A stretch of 64,000 bases of DNA from a virus: positions 32,001 to 96,000 of the IMG/VR virus record IMGVR_UViG_3300033141_003544; one strand, written 5' to 3'. Shown here piece by piece: positions 54,701 through 63,738 of this stretch; position 1 is the first letter of the stretch, and each line of letters starts with the position of its first letter. The notes beneath the pieces are model-generated. The model ran no database searches, was not told where the DNA came from, and saw nothing but the letters and a program-made list of their open reading frames with translations. Made by a program: the position numbers and the translations under genes.

Positions 54701-54964
54701 ATGAGTACAGTAGTTAGAGAGCACACCAGAAGCAAAAATGAATGTGCCAAAACCAGATCGTTGAATAATCCTTATGAAATCTGGGTTAACTCCCAGGACT
54801 GGGAGTGGCGAGTATTGAAAAAATACCAGTCTCCTAAAAATGAAGTAAAGAATCCTTATGCACGTTGGTTTTGTGCGGTAAAATCTCCATTTACTTTTGG
54901 ATCTTGGGAATACGGAGATGTTTATGTCAGAGAAATAATAAACAGTGCTTATAAGCTTAGATGA
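54701..54964 (+). CDS. conserved phage hypothetical protein (W.VLK.YQ..PYARWF family)
   Basis: Motif plus SD. Confidence 0.7.
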   Translation: MSTVVREHTRSKNECAKTRSLNNPYEIWVNSQDWEWRVLKKYQSPKNEVKNPYARWFCAVKSPFTFGSWEYGDVYVREIINSAYKLR

Positions 54965-55076
54965 AAACGAATTTAGTTAATCCAGCCATAAATACCCGAA
55001 GAAAATAAGAAAAGCTTGTCGTTCTTGAATTGTTGTTGATACCAAAATCTTAGACATAAAAAACAACTCCCTTCTT

Positions 55077-55116
55077 AAATTATTTCTTTGATTCAGCAGA
55101 GTCAAAGAAATAATTT
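55077..55116. terminator. 15-bp stem hairpin
   Basis: AAATTATTTCTTTGA...TCAAAGAAATAATTT. Confidence 0.5.
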
Positions 55117-55170
55117 CGTGTCTCTCTTTAACCATCCATAAATTGAGACAGCGAACTTTTTTATTTTAAC

Positions 55171-55352
55171 AAAAATTTTACCAGATATTCTTTGGATATA
55201 AGAGAACATTCCATATGGTTAGTCTTTTTTAATGACCTCAATATAACCTTAGTAAAAATAAACTTTTAAATCAAAAATTTTAACCGATAATCTTTAGATA
55301 TAAGGAAACATTCTATTTTTTTATTCATTTTTTAATGACTTCAATACAGTCT
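55171..55352. repeat. degenerate ~102-bp tandem duplication
   Basis: Two copies of AAAATTTTA..GATA.TCTTT.GATATAAG..AACATTC...TTTTTAATGAC.TCAATA. Confidence 0.7.
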
Positions 55353-55505
55353 TAAAAATTACCTACCTATTGTCCTAAGTTATGTCTAGACATAATTTTG
55401 TACTATCTCTTTTTTTTGATTTTGTCCTACTTTACCAAACAATAGCCAAAAATTTTGGCCAATTGTTATCGGCTTTTTGGCCGGTTTTTTGTTTAAGTGT
55501 GTTAG

Positions 55506-55564
55506 ACAGCGTGTTAAAAGTATGTTGCAAGTGTGAAAATGGTTTTGTATATTAAAACAAAAAA
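55506..55564 (+). promoter_or_regulatory. repeated promoter module, copy 3
   Basis: 58 of 59 nt identical to copy 2. Confidence 0.85.
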
Positions 55565-55607
55565 TATGTTTAGATAATAATGCCAACCTCAAGAGTGGAG
55601 TTGAAAA

Positions 55608-55826
55608 ATGGAAGCAAGAAAAATAGTAAAAGTTAAGAAGCTAACTAAAAGTAGAAAAGAAGATAGCTTGAAAAGGAATTGGCCAGGAGAATGGAGAGAT
55701 AAAAATTATTATATCAGACAGGAGAAAGAAGGGGTTATGCAGTATGATAAAACAAGAAATGGAGAAACCAAGTTTGTAGATTTTAAAACAAGGGAAAATA
55801 TTTCCCTAATATCAATTGAATTATAA
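55608..55826 (+). CDS. basic protein, paralogue of the 49230 N-terminal domain
   Basis: RKIVKVKK..WPG.WRD..VDFKTRE. Confidence 0.6.
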   Translation: MEARKIVKVKKLTKSRKEDSLKRNWPGEWRDKNYYIRQEKEGVMQYDKTRNGETKFVDFKTRENISLISIEL

Positions 55827-55842
55827 AAGAAAGGAGCTTACC

Positions 55843-56121
55843 ATGTTAACAAAAGAAAGAATTGCAGATTTAAAAGAGAACGGTCCTGGATATGTTAGAG
55901 AAGAATTACATATCACAATAGTTGATACAGTTCGGTCATTAATGGAAGTGTTACAATTAGAGTTGTTTGACGACGGACTGGCTTATGGAGACCAAGGTTC
56001 AAGAGAATTAATGAAAAAAACAATTGACATGATGGATAGGTTTTTTGACTATCATGAATGGAAAAACAGTCAACATGATATTGAATGGGTTAAGAAAAAT
56101 AACCCAGAAGTTTTATTATAA
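55843..56121 (+). CDS. hypothetical protein
   Basis: SD AAAGGAG before MLTKE. Confidence 0.6.
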   Translation: MLTKERIADLKENGPGYVREELHITIVDTVRSLMEVLQLELFDDGLAYGDQGSRELMKKTIDMMDRFFDYHEWKNSQHDIEWVKKNNPEVLL

Positions 56122-56181
56122 AAAGGAGATAGTTATGCAGACATTTATGCAAAATGAATTATAAAAGAAAGGAGCAGAGCC

Positions 56182-56490
56182 ATGGTAACAAAGGAAGAAT
56201 TAGAAGTAGCATTCAATAATTGGAAAGCAAGTGAACTTACAGAAGTTGATTTGTTAAAAATTATTGAGGCTAACGTTCAAACCCCTGGTAGTGAGTATGA
56301 TTGCTTTCTTGAGGGGTTTGAAGGCGATCTTGATGTAGTAGATGATTTGGAAGAAGTGTTTCGATTTGGAAGACTGGATAACTGGGATATGGAAGATCTT
56401 TTATTCTGGTTAAATAATGATGATCCAGACTTCAAGTTCAAAGACGAGCTTATTGACTGGCTTGAAGGTTATGTCGAGCCAGTCAAATAA
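56182..56490 (+). CDS. acidic hypothetical protein
   Basis: SD AAAGGAG. Confidence 0.6.
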   Translation: MVTKEELEVAFNNWKASELTEVDLLKIIEANVQTPGSEYDCFLEGFEGDLDVVDDLEEVFRFGRLDNWDMEDLLFWLNNDDPDFKFKDELIDWLEGYVEPVK

Positions 56491-56510
56491 ACAAAGAAAG
56501 GAGCAGAACC

Positions 56511-56921
56511 ATGATTTCAACAAAAATGTTGAGAAGGAAACATGCCCAATTTAGTGATATTGAAGGAATAATTGCTAAGCTGGGAAAGAAAGGTTTCCAG
56601 ATAAGTTATGAAGATTTACAAGATGGGTCTGAGCCGTCTTGGATAATCAAAGCAAGAGAAGGGAACGATCCTGCTGCAAGAATTGAAAAAATTACAAAAG
56701 AGTTTATTGAGTCTTGCATAGATTGGTACAAAGGAGATGAACATTGGCAAGAATTAATGAAAGATGAACCCATGCCAACTGTAGGGGATACAAGTTATGA
56801 TATAGTAATACCCAAGAAAAGTTGGATAGGGGAATATATGCTTGTTGTGTTAAGTTGGGATCACAACCCTGAAATGTTAAGAGAAATAATACCTTTGTTC
56901 AGGTATTATGAATATCACTAA
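56511..56921 (+). CDS. hypothetical protein, paralogue of 59586-60227
   Basis: SDI..I...L..KGF...PKK.W.GEY.L.V..WD....L..I.PLFRY. Confidence 0.65.
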   Translation: MISTKMLRRKHAQFSDIEGIIAKLGKKGFQISYEDLQDGSEPSWIIKAREGNDPAARIEKITKEFIESCIDWYKGDEHWQELMKDEPMPTVGDTSYDIVIPKKSWIGEYMLVVLSWDHNPEMLREIIPLFRYYEYH

Positions 56922-56941
56922 ACAAGGAAAGGAAATGAACT

Positions 56942-57307
56942 ATGAGTGATGAAAACTATGATTACTTAAGTGCCATTAAAGCTGATGTAAATGGTATCGG
57001 AGAACACCTGCTTTCAATGGCAAAAAAGATTAATGAAACAAGAGTTCATGAAGATGAAATGGACTGTATGACCGCTTTTGGGGAATTTGTTTGTTGTGCT
57101 CTAAAGGAGATTTCAATCAGTATAGGAATTAAAGCTATGCCGAATGATCCTTACCGTGATAAGAATAGAGTTGCTTTTCAAGAGGCTTATGAGCCAGTAG
57201 AGGATTTAGTTGAGTATTTTACAGACGAGATTTTTGAAGGTGGAGATGATATTTCCGTTTTTAACAAGATTATTAAAGAATTATCAGAGCAAAAAGCCAA
57301 GAAATAA
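56942..57307 (+). CDS. hypothetical protein
   Basis: SD plus ORF. Confidence 0.6.
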   Translation: MSDENYDYLSAIKADVNGIGEHLLSMAKKINETRVHEDEMDCMTAFGEFVCCALKEISISIGIKAMPNDPYRDKNRVAFQEAYEPVEDLVEYFTDEIFEGGDDISVFNKIIKELSEQKAKK

Positions 57308-57344
57308 TTGTATACAACTTAATGGTAAAAGGAAGGAGCTTATC

Positions 57345-57689
57345 ATGCAAGTTTTTTGCACAAAGGATTTAGAAAAGTTAGCCGAGTTTGAAAAAGGTGA
57401 GTATAATTATACCTTTGACGAACCAGGTTGGATTGTACCAATTATTAAAAGGATTGTGGATTTTTCCCCAGATTATTCTTTCGGTGGATATATCAGAGTA
57501 GATAACGATGATGAAGGTAATGGATTTGACGGGATTATGATTATTAATAATGCTGACACAATTGCCAAAGAATCTGAATTCAAAACTTTTGTCAAAGAAC
57601 TTTTTGAGAATCCAGAATGTTTACAACCCACCCCATCAGTAATTGATGTATGTGGTGCAATATTCATTTATGCCCCATTTCAGGTATAA
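57345..57689 (+). CDS. hypothetical protein
   Basis: SD AAGGAG before MQVFC. Confidence 0.6.
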   Translation: MQVFCTKDLEKLAEFEKGEYNYTFDEPGWIVPIIKRIVDFSPDYSFGGYIRVDNDDEGNGFDGIMIINNADTIAKESEFKTFVKELFENPECLQPTPSVIDVCGAIFIYAPFQV

Positions 57690-57709
57690 AACAAGAAAGG
57701 AGATTAATC

Positions 57710-58120
57710 ATGCTAAGATTTAAAAGTGAAAGTATCAAAAAGAGAGTTTCTAATCTTGATACACATGGAGATGAAATTGTTGATGTACTTCAGGTATTGC
57801 ATGAATGGAGTATACAAGAAGATTATCCAGTAATAATAACTGGCGCTGGTCAAAAACCGGAGAAATATAGTGCATACATTGATTTTGAATTTGATGAAGA
57901 TCTTCAGTTTGAAAATAACCTTGATAATATATTTGAAAGGTTTCATTTGAAGATGTTTTCCAATGGTAGGTATATTGACTTGCCTTATAATGAAAGCTCT
58001 ATTATTGGTAATCCAGTTGATAGAGATTTTGATAATCACTTTCAGTCATATTATTATGAGTATGAAATAATAGGTAAAACTGTCAGGTTACTTTTCGGAT
58101 TTGATGATTCTACAAGATAA
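57710..58120 (+). CDS. hypothetical protein
   Basis: SD AAAGGAG before MLRFK. Confidence 0.6.
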   Translation: MLRFKSESIKKRVSNLDTHGDEIVDVLQVLHEWSIQEDYPVIITGAGQKPEKYSAYIDFEFDEDLQFENNLDNIFERFHLKMFSNGRYIDLPYNESSIIGNPVDRDFDNHFQSYYYEYEIIGKTVRLLFGFDDSTR

Positions 58121-58430
58121 AAGAGCAGACATTATGAGTAGGAAATCAGATATGCATACGGCAATACGATCTAAAGAGAAAAACACTGAATGAACAAAAG
58201 ATTTGAAACAACGTAGAGATATTCGAAAGAAAGATAACAAAAACGTTGTGGCTTTTTGAAAGGATCTGAAGTAATAAACCCTAATACAGGGGCACTATTA
58301 ATTTTAATTTAACACCATCTTATAATAGATAAAGCTTACCTGTAAAAGAACTTATAAGGAAAACTTATAAGAAAGAACACTGAAACACTCTACAAATCAT
58401 TCGACCAAAAATCACTTCTCATCACACCCT

Positions 58431-58470
58431 ATGTATAACAATGTATAACAATGTATAACAATGTATAACA
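58431..58470. repeat. ATGTATAACA x4 tandem repeat
   Basis: Exact copies. Confidence 0.9.
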
Positions 58471-58794
58471 ATCAGTACCTGACCAAGTTGAATAATATTT
58501 TTCCCTATATATAGCATAGGATTTCAACTATGTGGCTAAATCAAAAAAATTCTGGGATATTTGACCTGATACCCAGTGGATATAAGGAAACAGACCATTA
58601 TTAAAAAATTCCGAAATAAGAGCAGTTTTTTCGATACCCTATAAAATACCAGGTATTTGTAATAAAACTGTCCCAAACACCCCTCTATGGAATCCTGACG
58701 CTATCTTTTGAATGGGTACAGTACCCTCTTTTAAAAGAAATAAAATTATACTCCTTCTTAAGGGTGTATTCTTTCCGTGTATAAAACTACTCCT

Positions 58795-58913
58795 TATACG
58801 CGTGTATATGCGCACACGCGTACGTATATACGTGTATGTACGCGCGTATAGTAACAATCTCATACTTTAAAACTTATGTTCTCTGCATGCATATATATGT
58901 GTACATATATATG
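58795..58913. repeat. two alternating pyrimidine-purine tracts (56 bp and 30 bp) with inverted symmetry
   Basis: 58795-58850 and 58884-58913; 11-bp perfect inverted repeat at 58890-58913. Confidence 0.85.
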
Positions 58914-59523
58914 AACATGAAATAGCTCTTATAAATAAGGGAACATACTTTCTTATAAGCTTTTATATTAAGATTTTCATACCAACAGACCATCCACTTG
59001 GTATTATTGAGATATAAGGAAACAGACCGTCTTATAGACCATATTTGTATAAGTCCTCTTAAACCTTGTGAAAACAAACCTTTAGCTAAACTTTAATCAG
59101 AAACGTTATGGATAACACACAATGTGTTCATTAGCACTCACTAAAACCTCCTTGTAGCACTAAACACATTAGTGTTCATTTAACACAGATTAAAACACTA
59201 ATGTGACACTAGAGTGTATACTCATGCCGACAGACCAAAACTTGACCTGATATCTTGTGGAAATAAGCGACCAACAGACCAAGAAAGTTAACCTCCCCTC
59301 AGACGAAAAACTATTACCGCTGTCTATCCAACTATCTCTGTTGAGTAACCGACAGACCAACCAAGTCTAGACAGCGTGCCAAATTTCCACGCGAAAACTG
59401 GACGAAATAAGGAACCTTGGATATGAAGTAAAAAAAATAAAATAATTTTTATTTTTTTATTTTTTTAATCAGTTTTAATTTTTATTTTTTTTAAACAATT
59501 TTGATTTTTATTTTTGGACACAA

Positions 59524-59560
59524 AAAAACACCGTACACAATAACAGTGTACGGTGTTTTT
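59524..59560. terminator. bidirectional intrinsic terminator
   Basis: AAAAACACCGTACAC-7nt-GTGTACGGTGTTTTT at the end of the minus-strand operon. Confidence 0.8.
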
Positions 59561-59585
59561 GTTTCCCAGATTGGCTATAAGGGTA

Positions 59586-60197
59586 CTATTTGTCTAAAGA
59601 GTACACATACCTGAACAGTGGTGCTATTGCTTTTAAATCCGCTTCTGAGAAGTCCCAGTTTGAGACGGCAAGCACATACTCACCCTCCCACTCTTTTTTT
59701 GGTACGTACCTACCTTCAGTCATTTCGTTAACAATAAACCAATCTGTAATTTTACTGATGAAACCTGCCACATAGTCTGCACCCACCTCATAAGGTTCGA
59801 TAGTGTAAAAAAATTCCCTCTCATCGTCTGCGTTGTAATCTTCTTCATAATTAACCACAAACCCTTTTGCCCGCAAAAGTGCAAGTATTCTATCAATATC
59901 CGAATAGATTAGATGTTTAACGTGTTCACTTTGGTGATAGAGTCCTGTATCAAATAGCATTTCATTTTCATTGTCGCTTTGGTTTTTAGATGGAGTTAGC
60001 TCGATTTGAGGTTTTATCTCGTCTATAATATTTTGAATGACTTCTTGAATAGGTGTACAGTCGGGCTTTTCCCGCAAATGATAATTTAAACACAGTGCCT
60101 CATCAGGTAAAACATTGGTTATATCATCTTCAGAACATTCGTCTGGTATTGAAAAAATAGGCTTTCCACAATTAGGGCATGTTTTGTTTGCCTTCAT
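59586..60197 (-). CDS. hypothetical protein (N-terminal CxxC), paralogue of 56511
   Basis: SD AAAGGAG before MKANK. Confidence 0.65.
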   Translation of the reverse strand: MKANKTCPNCGKPIFSIPDECSEDDITNVLPDEALCLNYHLREKPDCTPIQEVIQNIIDEIKPQIELTPSKNQSDNENEMLFDTGLYHQSEHVKHLIYSDIDRILALLRAKGFVVNYEEDYNADDEREFFYTIEPYEVGADYVAGFISKITDWFIVNEMTEGRYVPKKEWEGEYVLAVSNWDFSEADLKAIAPLFRYVYSLDK

Positions 60198-60263
60198 TTT
60201 ACAGCTCCTTTCTTTTTTAGTAGCCAATACAGGTGCTAAAATATTTATTTTTTCTTTATTGGT

Positions 60264-60306
60264 ATAAAAGATAGCCTATCGACATTACTGATAGGCTATC
60301 TTTTAT
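60264..60306. terminator. 17-bp stem hairpin terminator
   Basis: ATAAAAGATAGCCTATC...GATAGGCTATCTTTTAT. Confidence 0.7.
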
Positions 60307-60344
60307 GTTATTTTCTTATCGGCTGTTTCGGTTAGTCATTTTTG

Positions 60345-60917
60345 TTATTTGCTTGCAATACCAAATTTTTCGAGCAGGCTATCTACTTCATCGTCTTGGA
60401 TAGGTCGTACCTTTGACAGCGTTGCACCCATACGCTCAAAGGTCCTGCCGTAATATTCGCCCGTGTTGCTATCAAAAAAGACAGTCAGTAACCCTGCATA
60501 AGCCTTCTGCAGGGTCTCCACCTGACTTGGTAAGACTACCCCATAGATTGACTGGCTTTGTATTTCAAGGCTTTCCAATACTTCACTGTCGCTATTTGTA
60601 TCGCTTCCAATTCTAAAGGCACACATCCCACTCCTGGCGAAATATTTGAGGCAGTCCCTTATTTTTGCGCGGGTGGCTTTTAGCGCGTCTTTATGAGTTG
60701 GAACAGCTCCATTGTGAGACGCTGCATAAGCTTCGATTTCCGAAATGCCGTTAATACCATTATTTAGCATTAGCTTACCGATGTTAGTATCAAGCTTATT
60801 GCTTGATGTGGTACGTCTCTCGATTACTCTTGTAACTACTGGTTCTGATTTGTTTGTATCAGCCTTTTTTTGGGCTGATATTTCAGCCCGGATTTGTTTG
60901 GTTGTTTCTTTACTCAT
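60345..60917 (-). CDS. hypothetical protein
   Basis: Start MSKETT after GGAG, within the track ORF. Confidence 0.6.
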   Translation of the reverse strand: MSKETTKQIRAEISAQKKADTNKSEPVVTRVIERRTTSSNKLDTNIGKLMLNNGINGISEIEAYAASHNGAVPTHKDALKATRAKIRDCLKYFARSGMCAFRIGSDTNSDSEVLESLEIQSQSIYGVVLPSQVETLQKAYAGLLTVFFDSNTGEYYGRTFERMGATLSKVRPIQDDEVDSLLEKFGIASK

Positions 60918-60963
60918 TTTTCCACTCCATTCCTTTTTTTGAAACAGCCGATAAGAGAAATTA

Positions 60964-61479
60964 TTAAATGATAAGCTTTCCGTTTCCTGTTCCACATTTT
61001 TTGCACTCGAAACTTAACCATAATCCGTTAAACTTGTCCGACCAAAATACTGCACATTCCGCTTTGGAGTCGAGAAAATAATCATTATCATAGCCACAGT
61101 ATTCGCAATGCAATGCTTTTTTAGTATTGTATACTTTTGTACCTACTTTGAGGCTTTTAATATCGTCAATGATAGTATCCACCACGTCAATCGGTACGTA
61201 ACCCGCAATGACGTAATCAACTAACTCGCTATCAGAGTTAATATCACTCCAATCGGTATACTCAAAGTAACATTTATTGTACCAGTCAAATTCTTTTAAA
61301 ATTTCCACGTTTTTCCGCTCTGATGATATTAACACTTCTACTGTTGTATAGTCTTTAATGTAGTTTAAGTCTTTTTTCGGGCTTGAATAATGATATTTCG
61401 ACCCTTGAATGCTCAGACTATATCCGTTGATGTGGATATGCGGAAAAATATCCGAATTAACTCGTTTTAGATTTTCCAT
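60964..61479 (-). CDS. two-domain protein with C-terminal zinc ribbon
   Basis: LSIQGS.YHYS.P...Y..VEV; CEYC..CKKC. Confidence 0.6.
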   Translation of the reverse strand: MENLKRVNSDIFPHIHINGYSLSIQGSKYHYSSPKKDLNYIKDYTTVEVLISSERKNVEILKEFDWYNKCYFEYTDWSDINSDSELVDYVIAGYVPIDVVDTIIDDIKSLKVGTKVYNTKKALHCEYCGYDNDYFLDSKAECAVFWSDKFNGLWLSFECKKCGTGNGKLII

Positions 61480-61522
61480 GTTTTTCTCCATTCCTTTTTT
61501 AAAATAGTCAAAAGAAAAAATG

Positions 61523-61726
61523 TCAACTGTCAAAACATTTTATACCAGTAATAAGCCTTCCATTTCTTGCACCACAGTTTTTGCATTCGAAAGTTAATAA
61601 CATTTCGTTCATTTCGTCCGACCAAAATATTGTACATTCTTCCATTGAGGCAAGAAAGTAGTTATTATCGTACCCACAGTATTCGCAATGCAATGTTTTT
61701 TTGTCGTTCCGTTTTAGATTTTCCAT
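61523..61726 (-). CDS. zinc-ribbon protein, paralogue of the 60964 C-terminal domain
   Basis: LHCEYCGYDN.YFL.S..EC..FWSD....FECK.CG. Confidence 0.65.
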   Translation of the reverse strand: MENLKRNDKKTLHCEYCGYDNNYFLASMEECTIFWSDEMNEMLLTFECKNCGARNGRLITGIKCFDS

Positions 61727-61742
61727 GTTTTTTCTCCATTCT

Positions 61743-61949
61743 TTAAAGTGTAAATAATTCGTACTCTTTTTTAATGTATTCTTCTAAATCAAAAATCTCT
61801 TTTTCTTTTCCGCAAACAAAAAGGATTAGACTTTTTGAAAGTGAGTAATGATAATCAGCTTTCTCAGCTTTCCTTTTAAGCTCGTCAATAAGCCTTTCTT
61901 TTATTTTACACATTATCAGCTTTCTTGCTTCTTGTTTTGATTTTCTCAT
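61743..61949 (-). CDS. hypothetical protein
   Basis: SD plus ORF. Confidence 0.5.
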   Translation of the reverse strand: MRKSKQEARKLIMCKIKERLIDELKRKAEKADYHYSLSKSLILFVCGKEKEIFDLEEYIKKEYELFTL

Positions 61950-61961
61950 TCTTTTTTCCTT

Positions 61962-62315
61962 TTAAGTGTTTAATAAAATTGATGATAGTTCGTCGATAGG
62001 TACTGTTATTATTTCGCCTTCTGCTGTAAAAAATAAAATTTCACTGATACCATCAGAAGAACAAGTGTCATTCGGCTTGTAACCAACAATATTTATGTCA
62101 GTGTAACCCCGCCCCGTCTCAATAGTTGCGTTGCTTTTGAGTTTTACAGTTAAGCTTAAGTCCCAATCTTCTGTATGTTCGTACCAACCAAGTTCATGGA
62201 TGTGGGCAAGCCTACATTTTAAATCTATTAACTTTGCTACCCTGCTTTCGTTATCTTCATTATCGTCAAAAATGACAGGCTCAAAGTTATCGACCATTTC
62301 TGTTGATATATGCAT
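61962..62315 (-). CDS. hypothetical protein
   Basis: SD plus ORF. Confidence 0.55.
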   Translation of the reverse strand: MHISTEMVDNFEPVIFDDNEDNESRVAKLIDLKCRLAHIHELGWYEHTEDWDLSLTVKLKSNATIETGRGYTDINIVGYKPNDTCSSDGISEILFFTAEGEIITVPIDELSSILLNT

Positions 62316-62335
62316 GATTTGTTCCCTTTCTTTTT

Positions 62336-62623
62336 TTAGTTTAACCTTGCGTGGAAATCATTCAAAAGTTGAGTATAGCCGTCTCCATAACAGCACCAGA
62401 CATCTTTAAACAGTCTTATAATGTCATCTTTTTTGAGCATTTCTTTTGCAAGTTCGGAGTATACTACTAACTCCCACGCTTTTTTGTAGGGATTATACTC
62501 AATCTGAGCGTATCTAAGACCTCCGTTAATGTTATAGTACGTTTCTTCTGCCTCACTATCCCAATGTCTTGTAACGGTATATCCCTTACTTTCTAATTTT
62601 TTGATTATTCCTTTAATGTCCAT
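62336..62623 (-). CDS. hypothetical protein, distant paralogue of 56511/59586
   Basis: MDIKGIIKKLESKGY...DIIRLF. Confidence 0.55.
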   Translation of the reverse strand: MDIKGIIKKLESKGYTVTRHWDSEAEETYYNINGGLRYAQIEYNPYKKAWELVVYSELAKEMLKKDDIIRLFKDVWCCYGDGYTQLLNDFHARLN

Positions 62624-62753
62624 TCTTTTTTCCTTTCTTTTTAATGGAGTAGATTTAAAAACAGTTTCTAAAACAATTTTCAAAGAACAAGCAAAAGAGG
62701 TTATTATAGAATTATTACTTTGCTCTTTACTTTCACTACATACCTTATATCTA

Positions 62754-62782
62754 ATGGTAGTGAATTTTTAATTTAATGTCAA
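62754..62782 (-). promoter_or_regulatory. promoter TTGACA-17-TACCAT
   Basis: Upstream of the 59.6-62.6 kb operon. Confidence 0.55.
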
Positions 62783-63102
62783 GAACTTTTTTTCAAAAAC
62801 GAAAAAAAGTTTTAAAAAAATAATTTCTTTTCTCATTTTTAAGAATATCTATTAGATATTCTTTTTATCTGGTAAGAAGTCATATTTCTTAAAGAAAAAT
62901 TATTTTTCCTTTTTGTACAAACATCCTTAATAAAAAAATAATTTTTTCTTTTTTTGTAGCTCCACTTATCAGAGACCGATTTAACTTATTTTCAACTAAA
63001 TGCTAATAGCATTATTCAATATTCAATATTCAATATTCAATATTCTGTGTTCTTAGTGTTAAAAGTTATTATTTCTTCTCTAAATCTTTGTTTTTATTAG
63101 AG

Positions 63103-63333
63103 TTAGGAAGAATAGACAGGGAATTTATCAATAGAATAACTTATCCAGATATATCTGCCACATTGACAAGTATACCCTCTACTTCTATGAGAATCTATAT
63201 CAAAATATTTCCATTGTGAATAACAATAAGAACAATAACCATTGTTCCAGTCTTTCTTTTCTTGATTGTAAGCCCAATATATTCCTATAATAAAAAACAG
63301 TATTAATATACTGAATAGTATTATATATAACAT
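63103..63333 (-). CDS. small membrane-anchored zinc-ribbon protein
   Basis: N-terminal TM; WNNG.C..C..W..FD.DS...RGY.C.C. Confidence 0.65.
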   Translation of the reverse strand: MLYIILFSILILFFIIGIYWAYNQEKKDWNNGYCSYCYSQWKYFDIDSHRSRGYTCQCGRYIWISYSIDKFPVYSS

Positions 63334-63453
63334 TTTTATTTCTCCTTTTAAAAGGAATAATATATTTTAAACACTTTAGTGTTTTTATTAATTGTTTTGG
63401 GTTTTTGTTTTAAAGACTTTTTTTAAAAATTTTCTGATAGACAGGGAACTTTT

Positions 63454-63738
63454 TCAAGTTGTATTGTCCATTGAAGATATTCTTTCCATTATTGCTTCTT
63501 GTACTTCTTCTGGTAAATCTTCAAAAGGGGTTTCTCCATATTTTGATTGACATAATTTTATATCCAGTCTATCAGTATTGCCCTGATATTGATTATAACC
63601 CTGTGGAGATCTTGGATTGATTGACATACCATAAAAGGAATTTCCAATTACAACTATATAGCGGTCAACTGTTTTAGTACAATCTGGGCAATTGTTTGTA
63701 TCAAATACTTTTACATTTTTCATTTTGAAGACTTTCAT
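63454..63738 (-). CDS. conserved phage hypothetical protein
   Basis: DRY.VV....YGMS.NP.SPQG.NQY.G...LP..VQ. Confidence 0.6.
   Translation of the reverse strand: MKVFKMKNVKVFDTNNCPDCTKTVDRYIVVIGNSFYGMSINPRSPQGYNQYQGNTDRLDIKLCQSKYGETPFEDLPEEVQEAIMERISSMDNTT

Noticed and set aside
49134-59360. CRISPR or mini-CRISPR array among the repeats
   Set aside because: No regularly spaced repeats with unique 25-45-nt spacers, and no cas genes.
63013-63045. ATTCAAT x4 microsatellite
   Set aside because: Short AT-rich slippage repeat with no supporting context.
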